DNA of 29,724 nucleotides from Candidatus Auribacterota bacterium (lineage in GTDB: Bacteria > Auribacterota > UBA6266): the NCBI GenBank assembly GCA_023136205.1, contig JAGLRQ010000076.1, forward strand, positions 1-29,724, in the 5' to 3' direction. A program made the position numbers and the translations under genes. Shown one piece after another: positions 8,656-16,891 of the stretch. The first letter of the stretch is position 1. Each line of letters begins with the position of its first letter. A model generated the notes under the pieces. That model was given only the letters and a program-made list of their open reading frames with translations, ran no database searches and was not told the DNA's origin.

Positions 8656-11358
8656 TCACTTAGGCTGTTTAACCGGCAAAATCATACTAAACTCTGTTCC
8701 CTTATCAGGTATACTTTTTACATCAATCGTTCCATAATGGGATCGAATAATGTTATAACAGATACTCAATCCCAGGCCGGTATTATGGCCTTCCTTTTTA
8801 GTAGAAAAGAAAGGCGTAAATATTTTATCAAGATGCTCCATGGGAATTCCCGGCCCATCATCAGCTACGGTAATCAAAACTTTGTCTTCTTTTTGACTTG
8901 TCTTAATCCAAATCGTACCTTTATGTTTCATCGCTTGACAACCATTTATAAGCATATTCATAATAACCTGGTTGATTTCCTCTATTTTACATTCTATTTT
9001 TGTCAGCTTGCCGTACTCTTTACAGACAGTAATTTTATCTTTAATTGTAGGTAAAACAATATTAACAGTATTGTCAATGCCCTTGTTTAGATCACAAAAA
9101 GCCATGCCTTCTTTATTTTTACTGGAAAAATCCAGCAAGGAATTAATAATAAAAAGAGAATGTTCTATCGCATTATCATTGGTATCCAGCGCTTTTACAA
9201 GACTTTTATAAGCGTCCTTTATATCAAGCTTGCCTTCCGACAGCATAAACAAACGTTTGCCGATACCATCCAGTCCCGCCCGCAAACAGTAAATATTGTT
9301 TTTTATTTCATGCGCCACACCAGCAGCCAGTTGACTGGCGGACTCTAACCGCGCGGTATGCACCAATTGTACCTGGGCTTCTTCAAGCCTATGTAAAGTC
9401 TTCTTTAACTCCAGATTGCTTTTGTTTAATCGTGCCTGAAGTTCTCTTTTAGTCAATAAAGAATCTGTTACCGCCCGCAGCTCATTAGAATTAAAAGGTT
9501 TAGCAACATATTGATCCGCGCCATGCTTTAAACCTATAATTTTATCCTCAACGGTGGCTCTAGCTGTCAATAATATAACCGGCACATGCTGTGTCTGCTC
9601 ATTGCTTTTAATTTTCTCACATAATTCATTGCCATCCATCTCAGGCATCATCACATCTGAAATAACCAGGTCGGGTATTTTGTGTCTCACCTTATCCAAT
9701 CCCTGCCTGCCATTATAAGCAACAGACACATTATAGAATTTGTTTAAACTCCTGGCAATATTTCCGGACAAATCCTTATTATCCTCAACTACCAGAATAC
9801 TTTTTCGTTCCTTATTATCACTTACTTCTCCTTTCCCCTCTTCCGCAGAATACCCAGCTCCCTGTTCCAGATCGGATAGTTGAACCTGTAACAAACCGAT
9901 AGTTTCGCCGTCTTCCCTTTCCGTCTTCCGGCGGTCATCTTCTCTTCTCTCTTCCTCCCGCCGATTTCCGCGCCTGCGTTCTACGGATCCATCACTCATC
10001 TCAAATTCAGGCCTTTTATCAATTTGCTCCGTTGTAAAATGATCCTTACCCTTTAACAGCTTCACGGTAAAAATTGACCCTTTGCTTAGTTCACTTGTTA
10101 CGCCAACAGAACCGTGGTGCAGATTAACAAATTCCTTCACAAGGCAAAGCCCAAGGCCTGTGCCCTCATATTTGCGCGAACTTGAACCATCTACCTGGTG
10201 AAACCTGTCAAAGATATAAGGGATATCTTCCCGTGAAATCCCAATGCCTGTATCACTTACACTAACCTCAATATAATTTTCAGACTCCTGAGTCTTAACG
10301 TTTACTGTCCCGCCCCTATCAGTAAATTTCAAAGCATTGCTTATCAGGTTTGAAAAAACCTTTTCCACCTTTTCAGTATCCACATAAATCTCAGAAAGCC
10401 GGCTGGCCGGCTCAAATACTAAATTAATTCCCATTCCCTTAGCCCCTGCCAAAGCAGCTGCTATTATATCTTCCAGGATGCTATTTAAATTACTTGAGTC
10501 TACTTTTATCTCCATTTTTCCTGCCTCAACTTTGGAGATATCCAGTATTTCATTAATACGTTTCATCAATTTGTAGGCATTATTTAAAATCGCTTTCTTT
10601 TCATTCCTGTTCTCTGGAACTAAAGTTTCCCCGCGTTCTGCCAGTACATTTTGTATGGGAAGAATAATATTGGTCAATGGTGTACGAAGTTCATGGCTGA
10701 CTCTGGAAAAAAGCTGATTTTTGAGTCTATCCAGTTCCTTTAAATCATCTCTTGCTTGTTTAAGCTTAAATCGGGCCATAAATTCTTTGAAATGTAACCG
10801 TGAAGTAAAATAAGTCCCTACTACAGCTATAACCATCGCAGACAAAAGAAACATATTATTATTTATCAGCATCCCTATGTTCTTTACCTCATCATACAAA
10901 AATATTGGTATAATGTATGACGCATAGATAGCAAGGCATATAATCAATGTATACTTAATTCCCCATGGCACTAAAACTGCCATAGCCAAAAATACCAAAT
11001 TTAAACCAGCATAATAAGTAGACTTATATCCTCCAACAAAACGAATCATCAATGATATAGAAAAACCCACACACAAGAAAGCTACCGCCTCGATAGATAT
11101 TCCATACTTTTCAGCTTTATGAGTAAAACTGAAAATGAATAAAGCAACAACTACGGAGGTACAAGCAGCTCTGATAATCAATAACTCTTTCAGATATGCT
11201 GGGTTTACAAAATAGTCAAGGAGAGCAAATAAAGGAACAAGTGCAGATATAAGAAAACATGCAACTCTAGAAAAGATTAATGCCCTTTCTTTTCTATATA
11301 GGGCAAAACCATTTTTAATGTTTAATTCTTTTTCTGCTTGGGATAGAACAACACTCAT
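8656..11358 (-). CDS. Membrane sensor with two complete histidine-kinase cores separated by a receiver (TM sensor - HisKA/HATPase - Arg/Glu-rich linker - REC - coiled coil - second H-box/HATPase)
   Basis: About 6 closely packed TM helices in aa 20-190 with no large periplasmic loop. Kinase 1: FSRVSHELRTPLTN...DTGIGI...GTGLGLCLV. Linker: VERRRGNRREEERREDDRRKTEREDGE. REC: ILVVEDNKD, LVISDVMMPEMDG, ILLTARA, AKPF. Kinase 2: AAGVAHEIKNNIYCL...NGCQAM...DDGPGIP...GLGLSICYN. Confidence 0.85.
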   Translation of the reverse strand: MSVVLSQAEKELNIKNGFALYRKERALIFSRVACFLISALVPLFALLDYFVNPAYLKELLIIRAACTSVVVALFIFSFTHKAEKYGISIEAVAFLCVGFSISLMIRFVGGYKSTYYAGLNLVFLAMAVLVPWGIKYTLIICLAIYASYIIPIFLYDEVKNIGMLINNNMFLLSAMVIAVVGTYFTSRLHFKEFMARFKLKQARDDLKELDRLKNQLFSRVSHELRTPLTNIILPIQNVLAERGETLVPENRNEKKAILNNAYKLMKRINEILDISKVEAGKMEIKVDSSNLNSILEDIIAAALAGAKGMGINLVFEPASRLSEIYVDTEKVEKVFSNLISNALKFTDRGGTVNVKTQESENYIEVSVSDTGIGISREDIPYIFDRFHQVDGSSSRKYEGTGLGLCLVKEFVNLHHGSVGVTSELSKGSIFTVKLLKGKDHFTTEQIDKRPEFEMSDGSVERRRGNRREEERREDDRRKTEREDGETIGLLQVQLSDLEQGAGYSAEEGKGEVSDNKERKSILVVEDNKDLSGNIARSLNKFYNVSVAYNGRQGLDKVRHKIPDLVISDVMMPEMDGNELCEKIKSNEQTQHVPVILLTARATVEDKIIGLKHGADQYVAKPFNSNELRAVTDSLLTKRELQARLNKSNLELKKTLHRLEEAQVQLVHTARLESASQLAAGVAHEIKNNIYCLRAGLDGIGKRLFMLSEGKLDIKDAYKSLVKALDTNDNAIEHSLFIINSLLDFSSKNKEGMAFCDLNKGIDNTVNIVLPTIKDKITVCKEYGKLTKIECKIEEINQVIMNMLINGCQAMKHKGTIWIKTSQKEDKVLITVADDGPGIPMEHLDKIFTPFFSTKKEGHNTGLGLSICYNIIRSHYGTIDVKSIPDKGTEFSMILPVKQPK

Positions 11359-11367
11359 TTTTAAACC

Positions 11368-13167
11368 CTACCTAGAGAGAATTAGACAATTACACGTGTC
11401 TTTTAAAATTGCATGAAAAGAGTTCTTAAATTGCTCGTCCATAATTTCCAACCATTCCAGCATATCATCATTATCTCTGTATATTAAATACCAGTCCAGA
11501 GCAAGTTCCATATAAGCTCTAGAAGAATTCCCTGGAGCATATTGACCAATAATCAAGGTGCCATCCGAATCGAGCCTGTCAAACAGACTTTTTAAAACTT
11601 TCTTACAGACATTTTCACTTAGGTAATCCAGCAAACCAAGAGTATAAATAAGGTTGTACTTTTGCTCTGTTCGATTTTTAATCATGGATTTTATTGACTC
11701 GGCTAAAAAATTAATCTTAATAGAACTATTTCTCTTTCGCTTAAAAAGTTTCTCTTCTATATAAAATAAAGCTCGTTCATCAAAATCCAACAAGCAAAAC
11801 TCAGAGTTAACATTCCAACTATCTTCTTTAAGAAGACCTTCTACCTCTTTAGCTGGTCCACAACCTACACTCAACACCCTTAGCAAGCTATTCTCTTTCT
11901 TTAAAGACTGTTTACCCTTTTCTAAAATAAGATCTTTTATATATTTCGTTCTCAACCTCACCACTTGAGCCGCATCTACATTATAGCCATGTTTGCTTAG
12001 TAATTTTCCCAAGAGAGTTTCTCCATCATAAGCGTTTCCATTAATCATATTTATAATCCCATAGTCACCACTATATCCAAAAGGCCTATCAACAGCTCTC
12101 CTAATAAAAGGAGACTGGAGCAGTAAATGGTGTAATTGGTTCTGGAAATACTTCTTATGAATCTCATGTTCTTCCTTTTTTAAATTCTTTATCAGATCAT
12201 TTAATTTTAAAAACCAGGCATTCATTGTCTTTGTAAAAGATTTAATTACAGCATTTAGGATATCTTTTTCAATATTATGCTTTAAACCCAAATCTAAATT
12301 TGCCAGCCGTATTTCCTCTTTATTTAATTTTGCCTCTATGGATTCCAGATAATATCTCATATCCGCGACAATTTGCTTAAACTCTCCACTAACTTTATTT
12401 CCAATGGGCAGCATATGTAAAAACTCTTTGAGATCATTCTTTATATCCTCGCTCTTCCCCATATAAAGAATCTTGTCCACTTCCAGCATTGACTCTTCAA
12501 GCTTTAAACCCACCACCAACGCCCTGCCTTGTTCTCTTAAATCAATGACAGCAGCTCTGCCTTCATACACTTTTTTGTAGCCTATAACAACCTGTACATC
12601 CTCCAGAACCTCTCCTACCCTTAATGTCTCTGATTCTTCAATTTCAGCCTCTTTAATCATAAATGCCAGTCCATACTTGGAAAAATTTAGCATTTCATAA
12701 CTGTTATAAGTACCAGCATTATTTTTAAACGTAACTATCTTATTGATATTGCCTAATTGTTTATTACCGTAACGGGGAAGCCTGAAGCGGAGCTTTGCCG
12801 TTTGGCCGCTTACACTTTTTTTCCCGGCACCTGGAAAATGTGTATCTTTCACAAACTGCAAGCCTATTCTGTGGCTAATTCCCTCTTCATACACTTTTTC
12901 GCTATACACTACCATAGCCCGCGGGAAATAGGCCTTTCTACCGCCCTTAATTACGGTTATATCGGTTAAGGGAGTATTTACCAGAAAAAACCCCTCTTCT
13001 TCCGGCATAAGAAAAGATATCCCTTCATCGCTTATATCTATTATTTCCTTTTTAAACTTAGCCCCCTTTGGGATAGATAATGGAATTTCCACATAGTATT
13101 TCTCTGAATGATTTTCAAGCTTCAGCCGCTTGCTTTTTCTTTTGTCTGTCTTGTCCTTGGAAAGCAT
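11368..13167 (-). CDS. Tandem PilZ-domain protein fused to a class I SAM-dependent methyltransferase (possibly PhcB-like)
   Basis: aa numbering is from the track TTG at 13182. PilZ-1 has R15-K-S-K-R19 (RxxxR) and D49-I-S-D-E-G54 (DxSxxG). PilZ-2 has N166-F-S-K-Y-G171, but its upstream Arg motif (RFRLPR) is non-canonical. The C-terminal domain has RVLSVGCGPAKE (SAM motif I), LLDFDERAL and LIYTLGLLDYL, preceded by RPFGYSGDYGIINMI. The ATG at 13167, with GAAGGGG 5 nt upstream, is the more likely start; the track TTG is at 13182. Confidence 0.7.
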   Translation of the reverse strand: MLSKDKTDKRKSKRLKLENHSEKYYVEIPLSIPKGAKFKKEIIDISDEGISFLMPEEEGFFLVNTPLTDITVIKGGRKAYFPRAMVVYSEKVYEEGISHRIGLQFVKDTHFPGAGKKSVSGQTAKLRFRLPRYGNKQLGNINKIVTFKNNAGTYNSYEMLNFSKYGLAFMIKEAEIEESETLRVGEVLEDVQVVIGYKKVYEGRAAVIDLREQGRALVVGLKLEESMLEVDKILYMGKSEDIKNDLKEFLHMLPIGNKVSGEFKQIVADMRYYLESIEAKLNKEEIRLANLDLGLKHNIEKDILNAVIKSFTKTMNAWFLKLNDLIKNLKKEEHEIHKKYFQNQLHHLLLQSPFIRRAVDRPFGYSGDYGIINMINGNAYDGETLLGKLLSKHGYNVDAAQVVRLRTKYIKDLILEKGKQSLKKENSLLRVLSVGCGPAKEVEGLLKEDSWNVNSEFCLLDFDERALFYIEEKLFKRKRNSSIKINFLAESIKSMIKNRTEQKYNLIYTLGLLDYLSENVCKKVLKSLFDRLDSDGTLIIGQYAPGNSSRAYMELALDWYLIYRDNDDMLEWLEIMDEQFKNSFHAILKDTCNCLILSR

Positions 13168-13294
13168 AATGCACCCCTTCAACTTTTGATGTTAAAATCT
13201 CAAATAAGGACGCTATAAAAAAAAACCTAAGCGGTAATTTTAACATAATCAAGTACCTTTTTGAAGAACTAAACAGTTTTTTTACTTTGTAGTT

Positions 13295-15922
13295 CTATCT
13301 GCCGCCTTTATGTGGTTTAAGTATATCCAAAGCATATATCAGCTCTTCTTCCTTCGTATTTACTTCCCCGTCAAGTTTTGCCGCGAGGGTTTTGTTAAGA
13401 ACTTCTTTAAACTTCGGGGATGGTATCTTCCTCTTCTTTATCAGAGATTTCCCTGTTATCTGAAGTTTTACTTTTTTTAAATTCTCAAGGTAGTTTACTA
13501 TCCTCTGTTTAGCCATTCGTGAATCAGCCTTAGCAAGAAGAAAGAGCAAAATCTCAGTTGAACATATATTAAGGCAAAAATATATCTCACTGTTCTTTAA
13601 TTTTTTCTTCTGAGAAAGGTAGCTTAATCTTACCTTGCTATCTCTTTTCATAGGCACTATCCTGTCACTAACTTTCCTGGAAAATATGAATTTTTTACAG
13701 ACAACTTCGGCCTGTTTTATACTCAAATCACCTATAAACCCTAGAAAATACACAAGCCACGGAGTTATCCTGCCGCTAATAAATGAAAGGCTGTACCAGG
13801 AAAGTGTTTCTTCAATGTCTGAAAACATTTTCTCCGACCGGCTGTCAAACCTGATTGACGGATGAATAAACCTTAATTCGTTAAATTCGGCCATTCTTCT
13901 TATCGCGTTTACAGGTTTTGGCTCACTCAGAATAAGAACTATTTCGTTTTTGACCCTCTCATACGCCACTTTCTCGAACATGCCTATACTAACAGCATTT
14001 TTAATCAGGTTTTTAGTATGCCTGTCTATTTTAAACCCATACCTTTGTTCAAACCTCACAGCCCTGAAAATCCGCGTGGGGTCATCAACAAAACTGAGAT
14101 TATTAAGGACACGCACAACCCCGTCTTTAAGATCCTTTTGCCCTCCGAAAAAATCAATCAGTTCCCCAAAACCAACTTCATTTATTTTCACAGCCATTGA
14201 ATTAATCGTAAAATCCCGCCTGTAAAGATCGTGTTTTATCGAACTGTATTCTACTTTCGGCAACGCGCCCGGCTCCTCATAATATTCCGTTCTTGCGGTA
14301 GCCACATCTATCTTTTGCCCCGAAGGAAGAACTACAATAGCAGTAGAAAATTTTTTATGCGAAACAGTATGTCCCTTTAAATGCCGGGCAAGAAGACGGG
14401 CAAATTCAACTCCCCTATTTTCCACCACTATGTCAACATCAAAATTAGCAACCTTTAACAACAGGTCCCGCACTATCCCCCCCACAATATACGCCTTGCA
14501 ACCCATCGAATCCGCGACGCTGCCGGCAACACGCAGGATGTCACGGATACCGCCGGGGAAAAAAGTTTCTACCTTGTCTCTAACATCTCTTAATACAGGA
14601 GAGTTTCCTTCTTTCGCGGGCAAGAAGTAACCCAAATCCTGTTCATGCAGTATTTTTAAAAGGTCGTGCTTTAGTATCAAACCAACCAGCTCATTTCTAG
14701 AATTCACAACGGGAATAACAGCATGCCTTGTTTCATGCATTGAGTCTTTTATTTTCGGGACTTCATCGATCTCAGAAACACTCTTAAAATCAGGAGACAT
14801 ATAATCAGACACTTTTTGGGAACCAAGCCCGTGAAGAATGGCTCTATCCGCATCGTGTCTCGACATAAAGCCAACAACCTTTTTCCTCATAACAACCGGC
14901 ATTTCATCTACCGCATAGCGAACCATTAATTCCTTGGCATCTTTAATCTCCGTGCTTTTTGTAACTGATTTCACATGGGTAAGCATTATATCCTTCGCCG
15001 TAATTGGAAAGGACAAATATTGGGAAAGGGCATCTTTAAGTTTTTCCTTAGCCTCTACCAGTACAACCTTTTTTAATGTTACAGAGGCGGCTGAAGGATG
15101 CCCGCCTCCCCCGAGTTTCGCCAGAATTTTTGAAACATCAATACTGCAAACGCCGCTTCTGGCAATTACATGTACCCGGTTATTCATTTCAATAACCGCA
15201 AAAATAACATTAATATCTTCTACATCCCTTAATCTATGGACAACCATTCCCAGGTTGGGAACATGGCAAGAAGCAGAGGCCGATGCTATTGTAATATGCC
15301 AGTTGCCCATACGATGTTCTTCAGAACCATTAATCAATTCTTTCAGCAAAGCCATTTGCTCCGAATCAAGCCCGCCTCCCAGAAAAGAATGTATCATAGA
15401 GATATCAGCTTCACACGAAAGGAGAAAAGAAGCAGCTTTAAAATCCGCGGCAGTTGTAGTAGGATACGTAAAATGCCCTGTATCTTCATAGATTCCAATA
15501 AGCATAACCGTTGCTTCCACAGGCTTTATTTTTACTTTTTCCCGCATTAATTTTTTCACAAGTATTGTTGTGGTAGAACCAACAGGCAGGTAATTGTACC
15601 GGACATCTAAAGGCATATCTTTAGGTTTATGATGGTCATAAACTCTAACCGGTAAGTTATACTCCTGTATCCACTCAAACGGCTTTCCTATTCTTGAACC
15701 CGGAGCCGCATCCACAATGATAACTTCTGTAATCTTCTGGGGATCAGGTGTTTCCAGGATGGGCATCATAAGGCTGTTTCCGCACACGTTTAAAAAACAT
15801 TCAACATTTGAATCCATGGAAGCAGGCAACACCACTTTAGCATCAGGAAAAAGCTTTGACGCCGCCACTAAAGAGGCAAGCGCGTCAAAATCAGCATTAA
15901 GATGAGTAATGATTATTTTCAT
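13295..15922 (-). CDS. DHH/DHHA1 phosphoesterase - tandem CBS - class II tRNA nucleotidyltransferase/poly(A) polymerase family fusion (CCA-adding-type enzyme)
   Basis: DHH motifs: HLNADFDALAS, IIVDAAPG, VYDHHKP, YEDTGHF. DHHA1 motif: GGGGHPSAAS. Two CBS modules at aa ~310-430. Nucleotidyltransferase head: YIVGGIVRDLLL, NFDVDIVVE, RRDFTINSMA, DDPTRIFRAVRFEQRYGF. Confidence 0.8.
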   Translation of the reverse strand: MKIIITHLNADFDALASLVAASKLFPDAKVVLPASMDSNVECFLNVCGNSLMMPILETPDPQKITEVIIVDAAPGSRIGKPFEWIQEYNLPVRVYDHHKPKDMPLDVRYNYLPVGSTTTILVKKLMREKVKIKPVEATVMLIGIYEDTGHFTYPTTTAADFKAASFLLSCEADISMIHSFLGGGLDSEQMALLKELINGSEEHRMGNWHITIASASASCHVPNLGMVVHRLRDVEDINVIFAVIEMNNRVHVIARSGVCSIDVSKILAKLGGGGHPSAASVTLKKVVLVEAKEKLKDALSQYLSFPITAKDIMLTHVKSVTKSTEIKDAKELMVRYAVDEMPVVMRKKVVGFMSRHDADRAILHGLGSQKVSDYMSPDFKSVSEIDEVPKIKDSMHETRHAVIPVVNSRNELVGLILKHDLLKILHEQDLGYFLPAKEGNSPVLRDVRDKVETFFPGGIRDILRVAGSVADSMGCKAYIVGGIVRDLLLKVANFDVDIVVENRGVEFARLLARHLKGHTVSHKKFSTAIVVLPSGQKIDVATARTEYYEEPGALPKVEYSSIKHDLYRRDFTINSMAVKINEVGFGELIDFFGGQKDLKDGVVRVLNNLSFVDDPTRIFRAVRFEQRYGFKIDRHTKNLIKNAVSIGMFEKVAYERVKNEIVLILSEPKPVNAIRRMAEFNELRFIHPSIRFDSRSEKMFSDIEETLSWYSLSFISGRITPWLVYFLGFIGDLSIKQAEVVCKKFIFSRKVSDRIVPMKRDSKVRLSYLSQKKKLKNSEIYFCLNICSTEILLFLLAKADSRMAKQRIVNYLENLKKVKLQITGKSLIKKRKIPSPKFKEVLNKTLAAKLDGEVNTKEEELIYALDILKPHKGGR

Positions 15923-16873
15923 TCATCCTCTTGGATGAAACTTCTTGTGTATGCTTTTCAGCCTGGCTTTATCAACATGAATATAAATCTGGGTTGTTGA
16001 AATATCCACATGGCCCAACATCTCCTGAACCGCCCTCAGGTTCGCGCCATGAGCAATCATATGGGACGCGAAAGAATGTCTTAACGTATGCGGAGTTATA
16101 TTCTTCCTCACACCCACCAGTCTTGTATACTCTTTTATAAGTTTCCACATCCCCTGCCGAGTAAACTTTCTTCCAAACCTTGTAATAAATAATTCGGCAG
16201 GAGGAAGTTTCCCCGAAGAAAGTGCTATTTCCGGCCGGGATTTTGTTAAATATTTATTTACCGCCGATAATGCTTTCCTGCCTATAGGATCTATTCTTTC
16301 CTTTCCCCCTTTTCCAACACACTTTAAGAATCCAATTCCCATATTAACATTATCTATTTTAAGGTTCACCACTTCGGATATCCTGAGCCCCGTCGCATAC
16401 ATCAGCTCAAGAATAGCCTTATCTCTGATGCTGTTGGGATCATTCCCATTCACAGAAGCAAGAAGCGCGGCAACCTCTTTTTCACTCATTACATTCGGCA
16501 GGGTTTTCCACATCCGCGGCGACTCAATTATCTCCGCCACATTCTTTTTTAAATATTTATCTCTTACAAGAAACTTAAAAAGCATCTTTATAGCCACAAG
16601 TATTCTCGCTATGGAAGCGGCAGAATTGCCGCTGTTTTTTTCACGAAGGCAGAATTTAGTTATATTTTCCCGGGCGCATAAATTAAAATCCGTCATGCCT
16701 TTTTCATTCAGAAAAATTATAAATTTTTTAAGATCACTTTTATAAGCTTTAATCGTATTGTCCGCAAGAATTCGCTCCACAATAAGATAATTCAAAAACT
16801 CATTAGCCAGGATAACAAGAGAATGAGCATCGTCACTTACAATATCAACCGGTATTTTGAAATTATCTTTCAT
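15923..16873 (-). CDS. xerD: Tyrosine site-specific recombinase XerD-type (chromosome dimer resolution)
   Basis: N-terminal core-binding motif FLNYLIVERILADNTIKAYKSDL is XerD-like. Catalytic residues are present: ATGLRISE, KGGKER, HTLRHSFASH, LGHVDISTTQIYIHV. No flanking repeats or cargo. The stop abuts the downstream start (TGAATG). Confidence 0.85.
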   Translation of the reverse strand: MKDNFKIPVDIVSDDAHSLVILANEFLNYLIVERILADNTIKAYKSDLKKFIIFLNEKGMTDFNLCARENITKFCLREKNSGNSAASIARILVAIKMLFKFLVRDKYLKKNVAEIIESPRMWKTLPNVMSEKEVAALLASVNGNDPNSIRDKAILELMYATGLRISEVVNLKIDNVNMGIGFLKCVGKGGKERIDPIGRKALSAVNKYLTKSRPEIALSSGKLPPAELFITRFGRKFTRQGMWKLIKEYTRLVGVRKNITPHTLRHSFASHMIAHGANLRAVQEMLGHVDISTTQIYIHVDKARLKSIHKKFHPRG

Positions 16874-16891
16874 TTCTTATTTTTAATCCTG

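Noticed and set aside
6047-13182. The signalling operon as a horizontally acquired island, based on an apparently lower GC content.
   Set aside because: Spot counts of individual 60-nt lines ranged from about 23% to 60% GC across the whole window, with no clear boundary. I cannot compute windowed GC or codon usage reliably by eye. There are no flanking repeats or mobility genes. A sliding-window GC and tetranucleotide analysis would be needed.
13168-13182. The TTG at 13182 as the start of the PilZ-methyltransferase gene, and likewise the GTG at 28588 for the GT28-like gene and the TTG at 1785 for hisC.
   Set aside because: In each case an ATG a few codons downstream is preceded by a better-spaced purine-rich RBS (GAAGGGG, GAGG, TAGGA), and the extra N-terminal residues carry no conserved motif. 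The longer forms cannot be excluded without N-terminal data.
15923-16873. The tyrosine recombinase as a marker of an integrated mobile element or genomic island, given the tRNA about 8 kb away.
   Set aside because: The N-terminal ER.LA.NT..AY..DL motif and the C-terminal catalytic box are XerD-like. The gene is translationally abutted to housekeeping genes on both sides. I saw no flanking direct repeats, no tRNA-fragment duplication, and no phage, transposon or cargo genes.
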